Assembly (NCBI GenBank): GCA_964016885.1
Contig: OZ024740.1
Coordinates: 148,552,001-148,616,000, forward strand
DNA: 64,000 nucleotides
Origin: Eledone cirrhosa
Taxonomy: Eukaryota
Reading direction: 5' to 3'
In this document: piece after piece, positions 55,947 through 64,000 of the stretch
How the letters are laid out: each line of letters starts with the position of its first letter
Position numbering within the stretch: the first letter of the stretch is position 1
Made by a program: the position numbers and the translations under genes
Notes under the pieces: generated by a model
Databases searched by the model: none
Seen by the model: the letters and a program-made list of their open reading frames with translations, nothing else
What the model was told of the DNA's origin: nothing

Positions 55947-58900
55947 GTCAGACATTCAAACATTACAATGAAACTTATGTTTATTTTTTTAAGTTTTTAT
56001 CTATATATTTGTTTATTTATTTATGTTCGTCTACAGCGTGATGGTGGCACACTAAAATCACCGGGGGGGGCGATGAAATCACTGGGGGTGATGAAATCAC
56101 CGGTGATTATGTAACCATACATTCACCAATCCTTGATATGAGTGTTTAAATGTCGAACCTAAACAGTTCGAATAACGGTGAAGTGGAGACTGGAACATCA
56201 TATGACAGACTCCCACCCAGCAGGTGCTCCCTGGCCCAGCAGCAGGGACCTAGCTGTCATCCAAATACTGCTGGTGTTTGAGGAAGAAGAAGGAAAGGGA
56301 CAAGAACAAACTGGACGAAAACATTGAATATAACTGTTATGCAATGTTACCTGAAGAGTAACCCCAAGGAAAAAGGCTATAGGAAACGTATGCATAACAT
56401 CGGGAACGAGATTGGTCTATTTAAATTAGATGAACAGAAATTGGCCGGACAAGCCCGGGTAATAAGAATTAATGCATGGATAAGCGAGTTGGAACTGGAG
56501 GAACTGAGCAGAGAGATTAGGTTGGAAATGGAGAGTGGAGTATGCCAGGCAAACGAGCCAGTGGGAAATGAAGGTGAAGAGGTTGAGAGACCGGAGGAAG
56601 CATTCGAAGCAGACAATGATCTGAATGCTGAAATACATAACATCTGGAACAAAGATACGGCCATTGTGGAAATGAATGCTGACGGGCTAGGACAAGATTT
56701 GGTTGATATCCTAAACTTAGTGGTAGATGAATTGAACAATGATAGTGGGAAACCTATGAACCTAAGATTTGTAGACAGGAAAAAGTTAAAAGAAACAACA
56801 GCTAAAGTAAACAAAGTCTTCCCATACCTTGAGGCGAGGAACCTTCACCAATGCAACAATATCCTCAAAGCAACAGCAAATGCGGTGAGGAAATTACTTG
56901 ACATAAAAACGAGAGGAAACAACAAACAAGAAAGATCAGAACCTTGGTGGAAGAAACAACTCAATGGTCAATTCAGGGAAATGAGAAATGACATTGGAAA
57001 GCTTGAGTCCCTACTGAATGGGACAATAAAAAACATAGACATTAAAAATAGACTGGAAATAAAGTACAAAACAAGGAGGAAAAAGCTAAATATTATCATA
57101 GAGGAACTGAAGCAACGCATTGTAGCAAAGAGTGCAAAGATTAGGCGGTATGAGAGCTGAGTCAGTCAGTATAGACAGAACCGCATGTTTGACAACAACC
57201 AGAAGATGTTGTTTGGGCAGCTTGAAGGGAAAGAAAAAGGCAACGACTTGATCCCTGAGACGGAACAGACTAAGACATTCTGGAGAGGAATATGGGAGCA
57301 GGATGTTGAACATAATGATCAGGAAGTGTGGATTGAGACAGTACAAAAGGAGATTAGTGAACAAGCACACCAACAAACTGATTTAAGTATAAGAGTTGAA
57401 ACTCTTAAGGGGCAGGCCAAAAGACTAACCAACTGGAAATCACCTGGCCCAGATGGTGTGCAGGGGTATTGGATTAAAAACATAACATCCCTCCAGCCGA
57501 AACTGACAACCATGTTTAATGACTGCTTGATGTCGGGTGAGGTACCAGAGTGGTTGAAAAAGGGTACCACAGTCCTGGTAATGAAAGACCGAATCAAGGG
57601 TAATGATGTTACCAACTATAGACCTATCACATGTCTATCCATAATGTGGAAACTGTTAACAAGCATTGTGTCTGAGGAAATCTACCATCACCTCCACACA
57701 AACAGCTTGTTACCGGACGAACAGAAAGGGTGCCGAAAGAAGTCCTGTGGTACAAAATACCATCTACTTATTGATAAGATGGTAATGAGGAATTGTAAGA
57801 GGAGACACACTGATCTTGCTATGGGATGGATAGACTACAAAAAGGCATTCGACATGGTACCTCATTCTTGGATAACCAAAGCCTAGAGATCTTCAAGGTG
57901 GCAGATAATATCAGACAGTTGTTGAGCAAAAGAATCATGTCCTGGGAAACAGAATTAACATAGGGTGGAGAATCCTTGGGAGGCGTGAAGTGATCACTTA
58001 TATCAGAGAGGTATCTTCCAGGGAGATAGTCTGTCCCCTCTGTTGTTTGTCCTTGTCCTGAAACTCTGACCATTATATTGCGAAAAGTGAGAGCAGGATA
58101 CAAGTTGGGAAAAGGAGAGCTTACCACCAACCAACTCCTCTTCATGGACGATCTTAAAGAGTGAGAAGGAGTTGGATGTACTTGCTGACACTTTCCGTAT
58201 TTTCAGCAGTGATATATGTATGCAATTTGGTATTAGTAAGTGTGGAGTCCTTGTGATGAAGAGGGGTAAATTGAGTAGAAGCAACGTAATCCAGGTACCA
58301 ACAGGTGAGATGATAAGTGAAATTGACATTGAAGAATCATACAAATATTCAAGTGTTCTTGAGGCAGATGACATCAAGAACAACAAAATGAAGGAATTGA
58401 TAAGATCTGAGTACATTAGGAGAGTAAGGAGCGTATTAAAATCACATCTAAATAGTAGGAATGTCATAGGTGCAGTGAATTCCCGAGCTGTATCTATTAT
58501 TAGGTACAGTGCAGGAATTCTGAAATGGAATGTTGCTGAACAAAAAGAAATGAATAGGAAGATTAGGAAGCCATTGACTATCTACAACATCTTCCTCAAG
58601 AGGAGTGATGTCGATAGACTCTACTTAAAGAGATCTGAAGGTGGAAGAGGTCTTATCAGCATAGAAGACTGTGTTCAAATGGAGAAAAACAACCTGCACA
58701 AATACGTGATCGACAGTAGGGAGAAAATGCTCAGAATTGTACTGAAGGAGAGAACAATAGACCAGGGGATGCCCAAGGAGGAAATAACAACCTTCTTTGA
58801 GAAAACTGAATTTAGAGATCCACAGACATGGAACTCGTTAAAAAGAGGAGACCTTAAAAAGGCTACAGACGGAATGCTAATGGCTGCGAAAGAGCAGGCA

Positions 58901-59600
58901 CTCAAAACGAAGTGGGTGAAACACCAAATTTACAAGGTCGAGGCTAGCCCACTGTTTAGGATCTGTGGAGAGAGAGAGGAGACTGTGGCTCACATTGTAT
59001 TCGAGTGTAAACACCTAGCCCAGACTCACTATAAAGGCTGGAGACATGATGGGTAGGGTGATCCACTGGCACCTATGCAAAGTAAACAATTTACCACATT
59101 CTGAGAAGTGGTATGAGGATAAACCAGAGTAGGTGATAGAAAACGATCAGGTGAAGGTGCTATGGGATTTTAGGATACAGACGGATAAGAAACTGGAACA
59201 CAATAGGTCTAACCTGTGGGTTTTGGACAAGGAAAAAAGATCGTGCCTGATTGTAGATGTAGCCTGCCCATTTGACACAAGAGTGAAGAGAAAAGGAGAG
59301 GGAGAAAATTAACCGATACCAAGACTTAAAGTGGGAGGTAAAAAGGATTTGGAACTGACATGACGTCAGAGTCGTCCCGATTGTCATAGGCGCACTAGGG
59401 ACTATCTCAAAGAGTTTCCAACGATGGTTAAAGAAAGTTAGTCCAGCCCCGCTTTTTGGAACACTTCAAAAGTCATGCTTGCTGGGAACAGCAAAAACCC
59501 TCGGATACATCCTGAATATCTGAGGCTGCAGGTAGCGGCTTGATATTCATTTCAACAAACGTTCCAGTTAAATAACTTCAATGACTGAGACACAAAGAAC
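55947..59600 (+). mobile_element. Near full-length R4/Dong-like retrotransposon in (AAT)n
   Basis: N-terminal RTNWTKTLNITVMQCY; [33 protein letters not shown]...ETVAHIV.EC, RHD. The 3' half is closely similar to 47718-49826. (AAT)n flanks. Confidence 0.92.
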
Positions 59601-59619
59601 AATAATAATAATAATAATA

Positions 59620-59765
59620 ATAATTGTTTCTACTTTTGGCACAAGGCCAGCAAATACCCAGTGCATTACTGGTACTTTATTTTATCGACCCCGTAAGGAT
59701 GAAAGGCAAAGTCAACCTCGGCGGGATTTGAACTCAGATCGTAAAGAGACGTAACTATGCTGGAA
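59620..59765 (-). mobile_element. SINE, 5'-truncated
   Basis: tcgaccccgtaaggatgaaaggcaaagtcaacctcggcgggatttgaactc. Confidence 0.82.
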
Positions 59766-59779
59766 ATAATAATAATAAT

Positions 59780-62700
59780 ACTTTCTTTATTAACAACAAG
59801 GGTTTACATAAAGTAGACATTAATGATAGTACCGGACAATACAGGACGGTACAAATGGGCATTTCTGCGTGTAAAAAACAAAAACAGAGGATGTAATAAA
59901 AATAACAATGAAAAATTCCCCAATAGGGGGATGACTTCGGAGGGACATTTGTGGAGAAGCCCATTAAAAGGCCACAGTAACCCTGACCACCAGGGCAATT
60001 GCCCTCTTCCAGTTTTCCACCTTTAATTTACAGACACATACTCAGAGTAGGCCCATTCTCTCGGGCCATAGTTGCTTCTCTCACCCATCTTTCAACAAAA
60101 TGCTGGGAAGAGAGCACTTCCCTCTCTACCCTGATTTTCCTTTTCAAATGAAATTTGAAAAAGTTAATCAGGGCATCACCGAAGCGGTAAGTGCTCATCT
60201 TCAGCCCTTTCAAACGTGTCCACCATACTATCTCTTTCGCCATGGCCACCAGACAGATAAAAACTGCCTGCCCTTCTCGGCTAAAGGAAGAGGGCGGGGA
60301 AATCCTCACGATGGACTCAGCTGATAGCTGGATCCGTCCTACACGTGACAGCAGGTGTTCGACATAAACCTACAAGTCAGCAATGCTCGGACACTGGACG
60401 AGTGCGTGCAGGACGGTTTCGTCGCCCTGCGCGCACCTCGGACCTGCCCGGCTGACGGCAGCTCCATGCCTGTAGAGTTTATCCCGAACTGGCAAAGCTC
60501 CTCAGTAGCACTGCCAGGCTAGGGATTTCTGGAAGTTGTCCATAGGCCTCGGCCCGAAAGTCCTTCCGAAGAGATTGGCTAGTTGATTTTCGTCGACGCC
60601 TAGAATTTCTCCAAGTACGTCGTCGCTCTTCCCCTCCACTAATCCTCTATAGAACGCCAAGGTGGAGTTTCCACCTATAACATTGCCCGATTGGTCGAGG
60701 GCTGTGAGCGCCTGAAGACATTCCAGTCTCCAAGCGCTCCCTCTCGGTCTTCGCTTGACCCAGGACTGCAACTCCGTCAAGGAGACGAGCTGGGGAAGGA
60801 CGCGTCTAGCAAACGGGGACCACACCTGATCACCGTCGAGGAAGAGGTGGAGATTTCGTAGCCTCAGCGCGTGTCTGCGCATCATCAGCCAAGGCTTTCC
60901 CAGCCCTCCACGTAGCAGGTGTTGACAGCAGATGGACCGCCTGACCATCGGAGCGCGTCCCTTCCACAAAAAGCAAAAGAGCAGTCAGGCGGGGCTTAGG
61001 ACAAGGTACGACGGTCAGGTGGTAGTAGATGACGGACGCGATGTACGCGTTAGCCACCTCCGCTCGACCTTTCAGGGATAGCTTCCTCTCCGCCCATTTC
61101 TGGGTGAGAGAAGCCACTCTGCTCGTCACCTCGTCCCAGTTTTTGTCCGTCTGGAGGTCGAACCGAACCAGACCCATAGCAATTTAACCGGTCCGTCCGT
61201 CCAGCGCCCGACGACGCTGTTGAACGGCATGGACCTGCCTCTCCAGGTGCCGAGCTGCAGGCCCACTGACCTTTACTGGTTGATCATTGTTCCTGTCACC
61301 GCTTCGTATTCCTTAGTGTAGGGCCGATCGCCTCGATGTCTTTGGCGTTCGACACCACTACGGTGACAACGTCGGCATATGCTGACACGGATCTTCCGTA
61401 TCCTAGTTCACTCGGGACACCCCTCAACGTCTCCAGTTTGTGCAGTAATGGCTGGAGAGTCAATACGTACAAGAGGGACGAGAGGGGACATCCTTGGCGG
61501 ACCGAGCGCATGATGTTGAACGGTTCCGAAAGGTAACCGTTCACTCTCACCACGAAGCAGATGTCGCTGTGCATCGCAGCGATCCAGCCCCTGAAGACGG
61601 GCCCAAAGCCAGCCGCCCTCACGACTGTCGCTAGGGAACGATGGTCGACCCTATCGAAATCTTTCGACTGATCTAAATTGATCAAAGACCCACCCGTGCC
61701 AGGTTCCCTAGCTACCCTCTCTACGATGTATCGCATGAGGTGGAGGTTGTCGTGGATCGATCTGTCGGGAATGCCGCATGTCTGCGCCTCTCCCACCAGA
61801 CCACCAACCACAAGCGCCAACCTCTTTGCTAGCACCTTGGCCAAAATCTTGAACTCTGTGTTTAGCAGGGTTATGGGCCTGAAATTATCTATGTTATCCC
61901 ACTTGTTCAGGTCCTTTCTCAGCAGCCCACCGCTCCTCGGCTCATAGAACTGGGAATTCTCCCGTTCTGTTGCCAGTTGCAGTAGACGTCTGCCAAGAGG
62001 CCTCCGAACAAGTCTGGCATCTGTACGTAAAGTTCTTGGGCAGACCATCCAAACCAGGCTATTTACCCCTTGTGCAGCCAGTCATTGCCTCCCGTACTTC
62101 AGCGGCTGTTATCGGCTTTTCGCAACACTCCGCCTCAGTGGCCGAGAGCCGCGGCAGTCCGTCGAGGTAGACACTAAAGTCCATCCCTCGACCCGGCCCG
62201 CCGCTGCCCCCGAACAGCTGTACGAATTGTCGCTGAAAAGCAGCACACATTTGCCCGGGATCGAGTAGCATGCGCCCGTCGTGGTCCACCAAAGACCGGA
62301 TCGTGGCTTTGTTGCCACGATGCGTCTCCGCCACTCGTGGCCATTGAACGGCTTTCGTCCCCCCGTGTCTGAGAGCACGCACCCTAGCTCTGACAACGCA
62401 GCCTTCGTTCTTTGCATTGAAGAATTGGTCAAGGGCCAATTTCGCCGCAAGTACGTCGGTCGCGATGCCTTTGCTAAGCGCCTCGTCTAATTTTCTAACT
62501 AGTTCTCCCTCTGCTCTATTTTTCTCTATTGCTAAAACCTTACTAACGCTAATGGACTCTATTCTAATCGCTCTTTTCAGAGCAAACCACCACTTGTTGT
62601 TGACGATGGCCCCCTTCAACGCCCGCTTAACTACTTCGCTAATCCGGTCTCTGTAGGATTTGCGCGATGGTAAGGACGCGTTTAGCTTCCAGTAGCCGGT

Positions 62701-64000
62701 TTCTCGTCTATGAAGCCTATCTAAGTCAAGCACACAGATCACGAATTTGTGGTCCGTGTAGCTGATTATTTTGAATTGTGGACAGCCTATGCTAGACCTA
62801 TCTATTTCCCTACAAAATACTCTATCTAGATATGATCTGGATGACCCTATGCGGTTTGCCCAAGTCCACATTGGCACATTCGGGAAATCCAATCGGTACC
62901 TCTCAGACAGTTCAAAACGCCTGAGCAGGTTGGTGAGGCTCTTGCACCCTCCTCCCCTATCCGGTAATCCCACACAGTCCCAGCGTGCATCTAAGATCCC
63001 GTTCCAGTCGCCCACTAACACTAAAGAGCGGGACGTTTCAAGAAAGGTCTCCAGACGCCTGAAAAAATCAGGCCGCCTTGCTCCTGTCGGGGCATAGACG
63101 GCCACTAGCCTGAAAGCTTGCCCGTCTCCGCTGGTCACGTCCAGCACCACCAACTTACCTTCTGGGTCCAGGAAGATGGCCCGTATGGCGAGATCCAAAC
63201 CTCTCCGAAAAAGCACAGCAACTCCTCCCCCGATCCAGGACGGCTGGGAGATGCGTACACATCGTAGCCGCCGAAGATCGGTGCGAAGGCCCGTGCTTCG
63301 GAGATTCTCATCTCGCTGATGGCCACTACATTTATGTATAGTGACCTGAGGTCGTTGAGCAGGTGACCCTGCTTCCATGACGACCCCAAGCCACGCGCAT
63401 TTATGCTGCCTATTCTGAGTGAGGTCATGTTGAAATGGAGTGGAAAAGATGGGAAAGACCACTTACCTTACTTCTCGTAGAGGAAGGATGGTTCCTCCAT
63501 CCTTTTCACTGCTTGTGGCGTCTTCCGGAAGGATGTCCTTATAAATCTTTCTGGAGAGTGCTTGTCGGAAGTCTCCGATGTCTTTAGGGAATTTTTGTTT
63601 TAGTGTCATGTACGTTTTCTGTGTGATGCGAGTGATTTGTATGTGTGGAGGTGGTGTGAACTTTTGGGGTGTTGTGTAGTCTTTTTCTGTGATGCTGGTG
63701 TTGTGTTGGATATAGTGTAATATTTGGTTGTTGTTCAAATTTAATGTTGTGTGGTGTGTATCGTTTTGGTTGTTTTGTTTTGTTTGCGTTTGTTGTGGGT
63801 TTGTTTCTGTTTCGTTTTTTGGTTAATTTTGTGGTTAATGATTGTGATGGTGTTGGTGTTTGTGGTGATGGGGTTGGTGATGCTGGTGTGGATGGTGGCA
63901 TATCTGTCCTAACTTTTTTGTTTGTTAATTTATTTGTTTCCCTCTGTATTTTGTTTTTGGAGAGGGAAGGAAGAGAATTTTTTCTTTTTTGGTTGCTTTT
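59780..64000 (-). mobile_element. Tx1/L1-like LINE (ORF2 and end of ORF1; runs off the window)
   Basis: MTSLRIGSINARGLG, GDWN, TDHK, NFRPITLLN, VRQGCPLS, SAYADV. The 3' aataaagaaag is followed by (ATT)n. Confidence 0.92.

Noticed and set aside
56070-56110. Short tandem gatgaaatcac..ggg repeats, superficially CRISPR-like
   Set aside because: Three degenerate units of about 18 bp without spacers, lying in the 5' UTR of the Dong-like element in a eukaryotic context.

Overview
This is AT-rich, microsatellite-saturated eukaryotic DNA with no recognisable host gene. It is probably cephalopod/octopus, which I infer from the SINE sequence and repeat make-up but cannot prove here. Nearly all coding signal comes from decayed non-LTR retrotransposons: a Penelope-like GIY-YIG fragment, a Vingi-like LINE, several RTE-clade fragments, three R4/Dong-like RT-RLE elements, three Tx1/L1-like APE-RT elements, an orphan ORF1-like remnant and tRNA-headed SINEs. 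The ORF track misses the main signal. Many of the 200-700 bp islands between (TA)n tracts carry minimal type I hammerhead ribozyme motifs (stem I-CUGANGA-stem II-GAAA-mostly palindromic stem III-UH), often inside fold-back structures. I count 11 complete or near-complete motifs plus several half-sites. Three of them have a UUGANAA core, the compensatory U3:A8 swap of the catalytic C3:G8 pair. Other points of interest are an RTE element with a twin-priming-type 5' inversion and a 43-64 kb pile-up of LINEs nested in each other's microsatellite tails. All structures were read by eye and none was computed or tested.
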